Assembly (NCBI GenBank): GCA_965277805.1
Contig: OZ255842.1
Coordinates: forward strand, 4,288,001 to 4,352,000
DNA: 64,000 nucleotides
Reading direction: 5' to 3'
From: Candidatus Lustribacter sp.
GTDB lineage: Bacteria; Vulcanimicrobiota; Vulcanimicrobiia; Vulcanimicrobiales; Vulcanimicrobiaceae
Made by a program: the position numbers and the translations under genes
Notes under the pieces: generated by a model
What the model saw: only the letters and a program-made list of their open reading frames with translations
Told to the model about the DNA's origin: nothing
Databases searched by the model: none
Part shown: positions 22,708 to 31,490 of the stretch, one piece after another
How the letters are laid out: each line of letters begins with the position of its first letter
How positions within the stretch are numbered: the first letter of the stretch is position 1

Positions 22708-23864
22708 GCACGCAGGCGCTGCGGCGCAACGCATCCGCGTTGCGCAACGAGCTCGAGCCGCTGCGCGTCACGATTCTCGACCGCTATCTCGTGGCCGAAC
22801 TCGGCGGTCCGGCGCTCTTCGGTGCGGCGGCGTTCACGCTGATCTTCGTTGCGACGCAATTTCTCGCGATCGGCCGGCTCGTCTCGCAGCAGAACGTTCC
22901 GCTCTTGGTCGCGATCGAATATTTTCTGTGGGAGATGCCGGCCTATCTGCTCGACGTCGTGCCGATGGCAATGCTGTTCGGCACGCTGCTCTCGATCGGC
23001 CGGCTCTCCAGCGAGAGCGAGATCACGGCGCTCAAAGCCGGCGGCATCTCGCTGATCCGGATGTTTTTGCCGCTGGCCGTGGTGGGGCTCGTCGTCTCGT
23101 TCGCGGCTCTGATCGTGCAAGAAGCGCTCGTGCCGCTGGCCAACGATCAGGCCGCCTATCTGCAAGAAACCGCCATCGAACACGTGTCGCCCGCGGCCTC
23201 GAATCTCTCGGCCGTGACGAACCTTGCCGGCGGCGGCAAACAGGTGACGATTGCGGGCGGCCTCGACGCAGCCACGCAAACGCTGCTCAACGTCACCGTG
23301 CTGCGGTACGATTCCAAGCAAACGATCCAGGAGATGATCGTCAGCAAACGCGCCCGCTACAATGCGCCGAACTGGCAATTTCAGGACGCGACGACCTACC
23401 ATTTCTCCGACGGCGACGTCTCGGACAAGATGGTCACCCCCGGCACGCTTTCGGTCGACATCGGCGAGCGTCCGAGCGAAATGGCCAAGCACACGCTCCA
23501 AGCGAACGATCCTGAGAATCTCTCGCGCAGCGAGATCAAGAACGCGCTCGATAACGTGAACCTGAGCGAATCGCAGCGCAAGCTCTTCACCGCGACCTAC
23601 GCAGCCAAGCTTGCTCGCCCGTTCGCCTCGCTCGTCTTCGTGCTGTTTGCGTTTCCGCTCGGAATGCGGCGCATTCGCGGCGGCGGCGCCGCGCTCGGCT
23701 TTGGGCTTGCGCTGCTGATCGTGTTCGTCTACTACGTGATCACGACGATCGCGCTGTCGATCGGCAGTTTGGCGTTGCCGCTCGCCGGGATTGCGGCTTG
23801 GACGCCGAACGCTCTGTTCAGCTTGATCGGACTGTGGCTTTTGCGCCGGGCGTCGGCGATATGA
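22704..23864 (+). CDS. LptF/LptG family permease
   Basis: ILDRYL, LSSESEITALKAGGIS, 3+3 TM layout, AAWTPN. Confidence 0.92.
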   Translation: MSTQALRRNASALRNELEPLRVTILDRYLVAELGGPALFGAAAFTLIFVATQFLAIGRLVSQQNVPLLVAIEYFLWEMPAYLLDVVPMAMLFGTLLSIGRLSSESEITALKAGGISLIRMFLPLAVVGLVVSFAALIVQEALVPLANDQAAYLQETAIEHVSPAASNLSAVTNLAGGGKQVTIAGGLDAATQTLLNVTVLRYDSKQTIQEMIVSKRARYNAPNWQFQDATTYHFSDGDVSDKMVTPGTLSVDIGERPSEMAKHTLQANDPENLSRSEIKNALDNVNLSESQRKLFTATYAAKLARPFASLVFVLFAFPLGMRRIRGGGAALGFGLALLIVFVYYVITTIALSIGSLALPLAGIAAWTPNALFSLIGLWLLRRASAI

Positions 23865-24799
23865 TCAGCGGCCTGCTGGTCGTACTCAGCATCATCGTGC
23901 TCGCCGGCGGCGTCGCATACGTCGGCGATCGCGTCGGTCATCAAGTCGGCCGCAAGCGGCTGACGCTCTTTGGTCTGCGCCCGAAGTACACGTCGACGAT
24001 CGTCGCCGTCGGGACCGGGATGTTGATCGCGCTGATCGTAACGCTCGGCGCGCTGGCCGCATCGAGCTACGTGCGCGATGCGTTCTTCCGTTCGGGCCGG
24101 CTGCTGGTGCGCATCAACGAGCTGCAAGCGCAAGAACTCGCGCAAGAGAAAGAGCTGCAGCAAACGCGCGGCGGCAGCCTCGCCGTGCCCAAGCTCACGT
24201 TGATTGCCAACCGCGCCTGGACGTTCGATCTGTCCCGGAGCGACGCCGACCAAATCGACGCGTTCAGCAGCTTCTTCGATACGGTCGTCGGCATCGCCAA
24301 CGCGCAGTTCGCGACCTCGGCGATCGGCCTGCGGCCGTACACGCACAAATCGTCCGAACCGGCGATCCACGCCGAGCTGCTCGAGCAGCTGGCGACGACG
24401 CGCGAGCACACCTCGGATCAGCATGCGCTGATCTTGTTCTTGCCGGTGGCCTCGCAGAATCTGTTCCGGGGCGAGGTGATCTCGTTTTCATTTGAGGCTT
24501 TCGAAGACAAGAAACTCGCTTCGGCCGGCGAGACGCTGGCCTCGATCGACATCGCGGGCGGAACGCCCAACGTCGACATCGGTGCGCTCGTGCTGCGCGT
24601 GCAGCAGACGCTCGCATCGCGCGACTACCCGCCGCAGTTCCTCTACCCGCCGTTGATCAACAGCGCGCAGGTGCAAGCCGTGACGAGTCAGATCCCGCAC
24701 TTGCGCGGCCACTACCGGCTGATCGCGAAGACGCCGGCCGACCTGTACCCGCACAGCGGCCCGTTTCAGATCGACGTTGAGCTCGAGCCGACCCGCTGA
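23861..24799 (+). CDS. DUF3084-like membrane protein
   Basis: ATG overlaps lptF/G stop; GGVAYVGDRVGHQVGRKRLTLFGLRPKYT signature. Confidence 0.82.
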   Translation: MISGLLVVLSIIVLAGGVAYVGDRVGHQVGRKRLTLFGLRPKYTSTIVAVGTGMLIALIVTLGALAASSYVRDAFFRSGRLLVRINELQAQELAQEKELQQTRGGSLAVPKLTLIANRAWTFDLSRSDADQIDAFSSFFDTVVGIANAQFATSAIGLRPYTHKSSEPAIHAELLEQLATTREHTSDQHALILFLPVASQNLFRGEVISFSFEAFEDKKLASAGETLASIDIAGGTPNVDIGALVLRVQQTLASRDYPPQFLYPPLINSAQVQAVTSQIPHLRGHYRLIAKTPADLYPHSGPFQIDVELEPTR

Positions 24800-25191
24800 T
24801 GCTGCTCGGCGTCGATCCCGGCACGCGCAAGTGCGGGTACGCGATCATCGAACGGCTCGGCGCGCAGCCGCTCGCGCTCGGGATCGCGCCGTTGGCTGAG
24901 TTCGGCGCGCGCCTGACCGCGCTGCGCGCCGATTTCCCGATCGACATGGTCGCGATCGGCCACGGCACGAACGCCGGCGTCGTGTCGGCCGTGGTCAAAG
25001 AAGCGGGCCTGCCGTTCGCGCTGGTCGACGAGCGCGAGACGACGCTGCGCGCGCGGGCCCGTTTCTTCGCCGACCATCCGCCGCGCGGCTGGCGGCGCCT
25101 CATTCCTCGCGGTATGCTGCTCCCCGACCGGCCGATCGACGATTACGCGGCGCTGCTGATCGCCGAGCGGTACCTCCGTCTGGCGGTATAG
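24799..25191 (+). CDS. YqgF/RuvX-like RNase H-fold nuclease
   Basis: GVDPGTRKCG, IGHGT, VDERETT, IDDYAA. Confidence 0.82.
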   Translation: MLLGVDPGTRKCGYAIIERLGAQPLALGIAPLAEFGARLTALRADFPIDMVAIGHGTNAGVVSAVVKEAGLPFALVDERETTLRARARFFADHPPRGWRRLIPRGMLLPDRPIDDYAALLIAERYLRLAV

Positions 25192-27741
25192 ATGCAGCGC
25201 CGAAGCGTCGCCGCCGTTGCTCTCGCGTGCATCGCTCTGACGGTGCTGCCGGCGCGCGGCGCGGCGACACCGCTGGCCGACGTGCCGTCGAGTCACTGGG
25301 CATATGCCGCGATCCAGACGCTCGCGGCCGACGGCCTGATCGACGGCTATCCGGACGGTTCGTTCAAGGGCGACCGCCCGCTGACGCGCTACGAGATGGC
25401 GGCGATCGTGGCGCGTGTGATCGCGAAGATCGAGGCCGGCGGCGCGTCGACCGCATCGAAGACCGACCTCGACGCGCTGCAGAAACTGATCGATGCGCTC
25501 AAGGATGAGCTCGACGCGCTGGGCGTGCGCGTGACGACGCTGGAAGACGCGGTGAGTTCGCTCGATCGCCGGACGCGCGTCGCGCAGTCGCTTGCGGTGC
25601 ACGGCACGATCCTCGGCAACGGTTCGATGAGCCAGTTTCCGGTGCTGCCGCTCAACGTGGCCGGCGGCGGGATCGACCGGTTCGTCAACGCCTACGCGAG
25701 CGCGCCCGACGACAACAACCCGCTCGAAGCGCTGAACGGTCCCCAGACGATCCTGCGCTCCGATGCCCGTTTCGATTTCATCTACACCGTCGACGACAAC
25801 CTGACGGTGTCGGTGCCCGTGCACGTGATCGATTACGGTTCGGGTTCGTCGTATGCGCAGCAGTTCGCGATCTCGCCCGACGTGGTCGTGAGCGTCGCGC
25901 AAGCCGGCGCGTTCACGAATCTCACGCTGCGCGAAGCACAACTCGACAACCTCGACTCCTCACGCTTGGGTCTTGCTTACCGCGCGCCCGATGCGGCCCA
26001 GCAGAACGCGTACGCCGATCCGACGCAGGCGTTTCCGCGCGGCTTCGAGATCGGCGGAATTCTCAATGGGCTGACGACGTTTCAGCTGTCGTTCTCGCGC
26101 GTCGATGCAACGTTGATCAACACGCAGAATTATCTGCCGGCGCAATCCGGCAACGGGTTCGCCAACAACTACTTGGCGCCGGTGGTGCCGCCGCAGGGCG
26201 GGCTCGTTCAAACCGGGTCGGCGGCGACGGTCGATTCGTTCACGGCCGGTGCCGGCGGCCTTGCCGCGGTGTACTTGAGTAAGAAGGCCGTGGCGGGCAC
26301 GGTCGTCATCACCTCGTATGCGGTGCCCGGCGGCGTCGCCGCAACGCCGGCGTTCGCGTACATCGACGGCTCGAACGAAGTCGTGTTCGCGATGCCGCTG
26401 CCGGCCGGCGCGCACATCTCGATCGGCTATCTCGGACTCGGTTACACGAACAACGCGATCCCGCAGCGCTATCAGGCCGGCTTGCGCATCAACCAGCAAT
26501 TCGCCGGTTTGCCCGGCGCCGAGGTCGGCCTGACGCTGCATCGCCTGTGGGATGAAGACCTCGGCCAGGCCGGCTCGCCTGCCGGCGTCGATCTCGGCGT
26601 CAACGCGTTGCCGGACGGCGACTTCGGCGAAGTGAGCGACTCGGTGTTCGGCCTCGATTTCCAAGCGCCGCTGGCGCGCGGAACGTATCTGTTCGGTGAA
26701 GTCTCGGCCAGCCGCTGGACGCCCGATCAGCAGTTCGTGGCCGAAACCGGCGCGTATGCGGCCGTCGGCGGTGTGAAGCTGAAGCTCGCGCAGGCGAGCG
26801 TGACGCTGCAGTACCAATCGATCGGCGCGAACTACCTCGACGGCGCGCCGCTGCGCTTCTTCGGCAACGCGCCGCCCACGTGGGCGAATTACCAAGGCGA
26901 TTTCTTTCCGCAGTTCTTCGGATTCGCCAACACGCTCGCCGTCAACCAAGCCTTCGACAACGCGATCAACGCCGGCGCGCCCGGGCGCTCGGCGACGGCG
27001 TCGAACCCCGCCCTGACGTTCATCTATCCGGTGTTCAACCCGTTCGTCGCGAGCGGCCCGGATTTTTACAGCGCGTTCGCGCCCAATACGCAAGGCCCGT
27101 CACTGACCGTGCAGTTGCCGATGCGCGTCGCGGGCCGCGCGATCGACGGCCGGCTGTTCGCCGAGCACCTCACCGAATTGCAGGCGAACGCCAACGCGAC
27201 CAGCACCTTCGGTCCGCAAGTTCCGACTGCCGTGCGCGCAACCTTCGATAAGCTCGATGCGGGCGCGACGTTCGGCGTGGGTGCGGCATCGGTCAATCTC
27301 TCGGGCACGCTCGAACATCTCCGCCGCAACGACACGACCGCCCTCACCTACATTCCGTACAATCCGGTAACCGCGACGTACGATCCGGGCGCGCTCGCAG
27401 CCTATCAGGCGGCCGGCGGCGCGCGCGCGGTGTACTATCCCAACTACGTCAGCCTCTACCACACGCTGCTGGCGGCCGGATTGACTCTGCCGGTGACGCG
27501 CGACCTCGCGCTCAACACGCGCTACAGCGATCAGCGCTACTTCGGCGCGTACGGCACGACGCTCTCGCAGAATATCGGCGGAATCAAGGATCAGATCGAC
27601 TTCGGCCTCACCTACACGGTGCCGAAGACGTCGAGTTCCGTCGGCTTGACCTTCCGTAACTCGACGTACAAAGACGCTGCGCTCTCGAGCTACAATCTTT
27701 CCGCGAACGGTGAGGACGTGAACTTCACGATTCGCTTTTGA
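25192..27741 (+). CDS. SLH-domain outer membrane beta-barrel (OmpM/SlpA-like tether)
   Basis: Signal peptide; SLH DVPSSHWAY...GYPDGSFKG...TRYEMA; coiled coil; amphipathic strands; C-terminal VNFTIRF. Confidence 0.88.
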   Translation: MQRRSVAAVALACIALTVLPARGAATPLADVPSSHWAYAAIQTLAADGLIDGYPDGSFKGDRPLTRYEMAAIVARVIAKIEAGGASTASKTDLDALQKLIDALKDELDALGVRVTTLEDAVSSLDRRTRVAQSLAVHGTILGNGSMSQFPVLPLNVAGGGIDRFVNAYASAPDDNNPLEALNGPQTILRSDARFDFIYTVDDNLTVSVPVHVIDYGSGSSYAQQFAISPDVVVSVAQAGAFTNLTLREAQLDNLDSSRLGLAYRAPDAAQQNAYADPTQAFPRGFEIGGILNGLTTFQLSFSRVDATLINTQNYLPAQSGNGFANNYLAPVVPPQGGLVQTGSAATVDSFTAGAGGLAAVYLSKKAVAGTVVITSYAVPGGVAATPAFAYIDGSNEVVFAMPLPAGAHISIGYLGLGYTNNAIPQRYQAGLRINQQFAGLPGAEVGLTLHRLWDEDLGQAGSPAGVDLGVNALPDGDFGEVSDSVFGLDFQAPLARGTYLFGEVSASRWTPDQQFVAETGAYAAVGGVKLKLAQASVTLQYQSIGANYLDGAPLRFFGNAPPTWANYQGDFFPQFFGFANTLAVNQAFDNAINAGAPGRSATASNPALTFIYPVFNPFVASGPDFYSAFAPNTQGPSLTVQLPMRVAGRAIDGRLFAEHLTELQANANATSTFGPQVPTAVRATFDKLDAGATFGVGAASVNLSGTLEHLRRNDTTALTYIPYNPVTATYDPGALAAYQAAGGARAVYYPNYVSLYHTLLAAGLTLPVTRDLALNTRYSDQRYFGAYGTTLSQNIGGIKDQIDFGLTYTVPKTSSSVGLTFRNSTYKDAALSSYNLSANGEDVNFTIRF

Positions 27742-28625
27742 GCGGCGCCCGCGGATCGCTGCTCGGGTTGACGGCGGCGCTGATCGTGGTGCTCGCGGCG
27801 CTCGCGCAGCTGAGTGGGGATGCCCTCTACGGCGGGATCGCGCTGCGGGGATCGGTGCCGCACGCGCTGGCCGGCGACTGGCCGTTCGCGCTCGCGGCGA
27901 ACAGCGGGCTCGACCGTATCCCCGGCGTGCGCCTGGCGCTCGCGCGCGGCGCGATCGTGCGCGACGAACCCGAGCGCGCCACGGCACTGCTGGCGAGCTT
28001 GCCCGATAGCGCCGACGTGATCGATCTGCGCGGCCGCGCTGCGCTCTTGGTGAACGACAAGCAGACGGCATTGCGCGATTTTGCCGCGTCGGGCGACTTT
28101 ATTGCCGCGCAGGCCGCGATCGACGCGCTCGGCACGGAAGATCCGCGCGCGGCGCTGGCCCTGGTGCGCGATTTCGAGCAGCGGCTGGCCCAAAACGATG
28201 CGAGCCCCGAGATCAGCGCCGAGGTCGATTTTCGCGAGGGCGAGATCGCGACCGCCGCCTATTGGCGTTATCCGGCGCAGCGCGATTACTACGCGCGGGT
28301 GTCGCTCGATGCGTTCGCCCGGGCGCTCGAGCGCGCGCCGAACGAAGAGAAGTACCTGCTGAATTATGCCGGTGCCGCGATGCGTACCGGCGACGTCGAG
28401 GCCGCGAAGCGCACGTTTCTGCGGGCGTCGGAAGTCGTTCCCGACAGCGTCGATGCGTTCACCGGGATCGCGAGCAGTTCGGCCGCGCTCGGCAATTGCG
28501 CGGCCACGCGCACGGCGTTTGCGCAAGCGCAGCGCTTTGCCGCCGGGCAGCACCGCACGGTCGACGTCGTCGGCAAAGGCTATCCGGCGGAGATTCGCGC
28601 GGCGATCGCGCGCTGCAACGGGTGA
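27738..28625 (+). CDS. Membrane-anchored TPR-like protein
   Basis: N-terminal hydrophobic helix; TPR-like repeats (FARALERAPN, FLRASEVVPD). Confidence 0.65.
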   Translation: MSGARGSLLGLTAALIVVLAALAQLSGDALYGGIALRGSVPHALAGDWPFALAANSGLDRIPGVRLALARGAIVRDEPERATALLASLPDSADVIDLRGRAALLVNDKQTALRDFAASGDFIAAQAAIDALGTEDPRAALALVRDFEQRLAQNDASPEISAEVDFREGEIATAAYWRYPAQRDYYARVSLDAFARALERAPNEEKYLLNYAGAAMRTGDVEAAKRTFLRASEVVPDSVDAFTGIASSSAALGNCAATRTAFAQAQRFAAGQHRTVDVVGKGYPAEIRAAIARCNG

Positions 28626-29644
28626 GGATCGCCCTCGACGCGCAGCTCGCCGTGGGCACGGCGACGGGCATCGGGGTGTATCAGCGCGATCTCGCGCGCG
28701 CGCTCGCCGCGGCCGGCACCGACGTGCGCGCGCTGCAGTTTTCCGCGCTGGATCCGTGGCGCTTCGACCGGCGCGTGCTGTGGGACCAAGTGCTGTTGCC
28801 GGTGTTCGCGGCCCGGAGCGGTGCGCAGTTGCTGCACGCCGCTTCCGGTACGATGCCGGCGGCGCGCACGCTGCCGGTGGTCGTGACCGTGCACGACATG
28901 GCGTGGCTGCGGGTTCAGGCGCACACGCGTGCCTACGCGCGCGCGTACTTCGGCGGCCTGATGAAACGGCTCTATCGCGGTGCGGCGGCCGTGATCACGG
29001 ATTCAGCCTTCGCGCGCGATGAGTTTCTCGCGCTGGCGGGCGCGCGCAGCGACGTGCACGTGGTGTATCCCGGCGTCGACGCGCGTTTCGCCGCGATCGT
29101 GCGGCAGCCGCAAGCGCGGCCGCTGGCCTTCGTGGTCGGCACGGTCGAACGCCGCAAGAACTTGCTGCGCGCGATCGAGACGCTCGCGGCCGTGCCCGAT
29201 CTCGATCTCGTTGCCGTCGGGCCGCCCACCCCGTACCTCGATGAAGTGCGGGCGCGCATCAGCGCGCTTGGTCTCGGCGACCGCGTGACCATACGCGGCT
29301 ACATTGATCGCGCCGACCTCGACGCGTTGTATGCGAGCGCAACGCTGGCGCTGGTGCCCTCGCGCTACGAAGGCTTCGGTTACGGCTTAGCCGAGGCGCT
29401 GTGCGCGGGACTGCCGGTCATCGCCGCGCGTTCGTCGTCGCTCGTCGAAGTAGCCGGCAGCGATGCGACGCTGATCGATCCCGACGATGCCGCCGGCTGG
29501 GTCGACGCGGTGCGCGCGCTGCTCGCCGATCGGGACGCTGCCGAAGCACGCGCCGCAGCCGCGCGTGCGCGCGCCGTCGTGCGCTTCAACTGGCCGCTCG
29601 CCGCCGCCGCCTGCACGACGATCTACAAACGGATCCTTCATTAG
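28622..29644 (+). CDS. Glycosyltransferase family 4
   Basis: GTG 28622; TGIGVY, TVHD, RKN, PSRYEGFGYGLAEA (EX7E). Confidence 0.92.
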   Translation: MRIALDAQLAVGTATGIGVYQRDLARALAAAGTDVRALQFSALDPWRFDRRVLWDQVLLPVFAARSGAQLLHAASGTMPAARTLPVVVTVHDMAWLRVQAHTRAYARAYFGGLMKRLYRGAAAVITDSAFARDEFLALAGARSDVHVVYPGVDARFAAIVRQPQARPLAFVVGTVERRKNLLRAIETLAAVPDLDLVAVGPPTPYLDEVRARISALGLGDRVTIRGYIDRADLDALYASATLALVPSRYEGFGYGLAEALCAGLPVIAARSSSLVEVAGSDATLIDPDDAAGWVDAVRALLADRDAAEARAAAARARAVVRFNWPLAAAACTTIYKRILH

Positions 29645-29651
29645 GCGGCGG

Positions 29652-29776
29652 CTTGGGCGAAGCCCAAACGCAACGGATTCGACGACGTCGAATCCTAGTA
29701 CACCGGCGAGCCGGGTGCGCCGGGTGCGACGCTGCCGTCGTCTTGGGCGAACACCAAGCGCAACGGATACGATGAC
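29652..29776. repeat. Imperfect 35-bp direct repeat, 90 bp apart
   Basis: 29652-29686 vs 29742-29776, 30/35 identical by hand alignment. Confidence 0.85.
29653..29695. terminator. Two hairpins between convergent genes; possible bidirectional terminator
   Basis: TTGGGC-gaa-GCCCAA 29653-29667 and GGATTCGAC-gac-GTCGAATCC 29675-29695; no clear U-tract. Confidence 0.5.
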
Positions 29777-31470
29777 CCGCCCTCGGGCATCGTGGTGATG
29801 CGCAAGCTGCGATAGGTGCCGGGCGCGATCGTCTCTTGCCAGATCTTGTAGCGTGAGTAGGCCGTGAGGCGGTGCGCTTGCACGATCGTGTCGTCGATGA
29901 TGAACGTGCCGGTGGCATCGCCGCCGCGCGGATTCGCGTAGAGCGCGATCGCTTGTCCGAAGCGCGAGGTGTTGACGATCACCACGCGCACGGATTGCAT
30001 CACGCCGTAGTCGCCCGAGAGCGCTTCGCCCTCGCGCAGGTTCGGCAGCGGCAGCTGACCGATCGGGATCTCGAGCGGCGGCGAATCGGTGAAGAACGTG
30101 TAGTCGGAGAAGAATTCGGGCACCGGATACTGGCCGCGCGCATGCGGCGCGCCGCCGGCGAGCAGGTTCGCCGCATCGGCCGATTGATCCAGCGGCGCAT
30201 CGGCGTGTTGCGCGACGACCGCGATGTTCAGCGGATCGCCGCTCAGCTCGCGTAACTGCATGATGCCGTTGACGATCGCATTCGGCGGCAGGTTGTGGTT
30301 GACGATGTTGACGGTGGCCCCGGGCGGGATCGTGACGATCGTGCCTTCGTTGCTGCGCGCACGCACCAGGAACGAGCGCGTCGCGTTGTGCCCGACTTCC
30401 ATCTCGTTCGCTCCGGGACCGGCCAGCGCCGCGATCACGTGCAGCACGGCGGGCGTCGCCGCCTTGTTCGTCGCCTTGACCAGGATGCGGCGCGCGGGTT
30501 CGGTGCCCGGATTGAAGTGGTAGTACAAGAAGCGCTGCGATGCGGTGCGGTCGATCGTGGCGGTGAACAGCACGCCGTCGGCGGTCAGCCGTTCGGGATA
30601 GTCGCTCACCAGCAGCTGGCTCGGTGCGACTCGCGGCAGCGCATCGTTCTCGATCGCAACGTGCGTGGTGCCGTTCGCGGTGATGTACGCATCGCCGAGA
30701 ATCTGGATCGGCACGTCGACCGAGATGTGGTTGTCGGTCGGCAGCGGCGCGTGGACGGCGACGGCGTCGGCCGGCACGTAGATGCGGGCGCCGGGGCGCA
30801 GCGTCGCGGCGGCTTCGGCGGCTTCGATCGCGGTGCTGCGCAAGAACTCCACCGACGCCGGATTGCCGGTGACGTGCAGCGGCAGCGCGCCCACGATCGT
30901 GCCCGCGTCGTAGGCGACGCGCACCGCGACGTCGCGCGTCAGCCCGCGGCTGTCGCCGACGGTGACGATCGTATTGCCGACGGCGACGCCGGTGATGGCG
31001 AGCGTGCGCGCGGTTTGGTCGACGGTCACGGTAGCGATCGCAGGATCGGCGGCGACGGCGGTGATCGTACCGGCCGCGCTGTTCACGCGGGCGAGGATCG
31101 TGCGTCCCGGTTCGATTGCCGGCGTCGCGGGCGTGACCACGATCGGCGGCGGGGTCGGCGTGGGCGAGGGGCTCGGGCCTTCGGACGGTGCGGTTTCCCC
31201 GGGCGCGGGTGACGGCGAGACTTCCGGCGAGGCTCCGGGCGATGCCTCAGCCGCCGGCGAGGTCTCGGCGCTGGGCGAGCTCTCCGCGGCCGGCGACGGG
31301 GTCGCAAGGGGACCCGCGTCCGTGGTGGGGATCGCCGGGTTGACCGGGCCGGATGGCGCCGGCACGGGCGGGTTGATCTGAGCGCCCACCGTTCGGGCGA
31401 GCACGACGACCAGGAACCCAATCACAGCGATAGCCGTGAACGCGCGACGCAATACGAACCTCCGCGGCAT
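29695..31470 (-). CDS. Secreted protein: Pro/Ser-rich linker, pilus/secretin-N Ig-like domain, C-terminal domain of unknown function
   Basis: ATG 31470 (MPRRFVLRR + hydrophobic stretch); SPxAEx repeats; DPAIATV...ITGVAVGNTIVTV; SDYPE, GDYGV, NPRGG motifs. Confidence 0.7.
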   Translation of the reverse strand: MPRRFVLRRAFTAIAVIGFLVVVLARTVGAQINPPVPAPSGPVNPAIPTTDAGPLATPSPAAESSPSAETSPAAEASPGASPEVSPSPAPGETAPSEGPSPSPTPTPPPIVVTPATPAIEPGRTILARVNSAAGTITAVAADPAIATVTVDQTARTLAITGVAVGNTIVTVGDSRGLTRDVAVRVAYDAGTIVGALPLHVTGNPASVEFLRSTAIEAAEAAATLRPGARIYVPADAVAVHAPLPTDNHISVDVPIQILGDAYITANGTTHVAIENDALPRVAPSQLLVSDYPERLTADGVLFTATIDRTASQRFLYYHFNPGTEPARRILVKATNKAATPAVLHVIAALAGPGANEMEVGHNATRSFLVRARSNEGTIVTIPPGATVNIVNHNLPPNAIVNGIMQLRELSGDPLNIAVVAQHADAPLDQSADAANLLAGGAPHARGQYPVPEFFSDYTFFTDSPPLEIPIGQLPLPNLREGEALSGDYGVMQSVRVVIVNTSRFGQAIALYANPRGGDATGTFIIDDTIVQAHRLTAYSRYKIWQETIAPGTYRSLRITTMPEGGSSYPLRLVFAQDDGSVAPGAPGSPVY

Positions 31471-31490
31471 ATTCGTCCGCCGCGGCGCGA

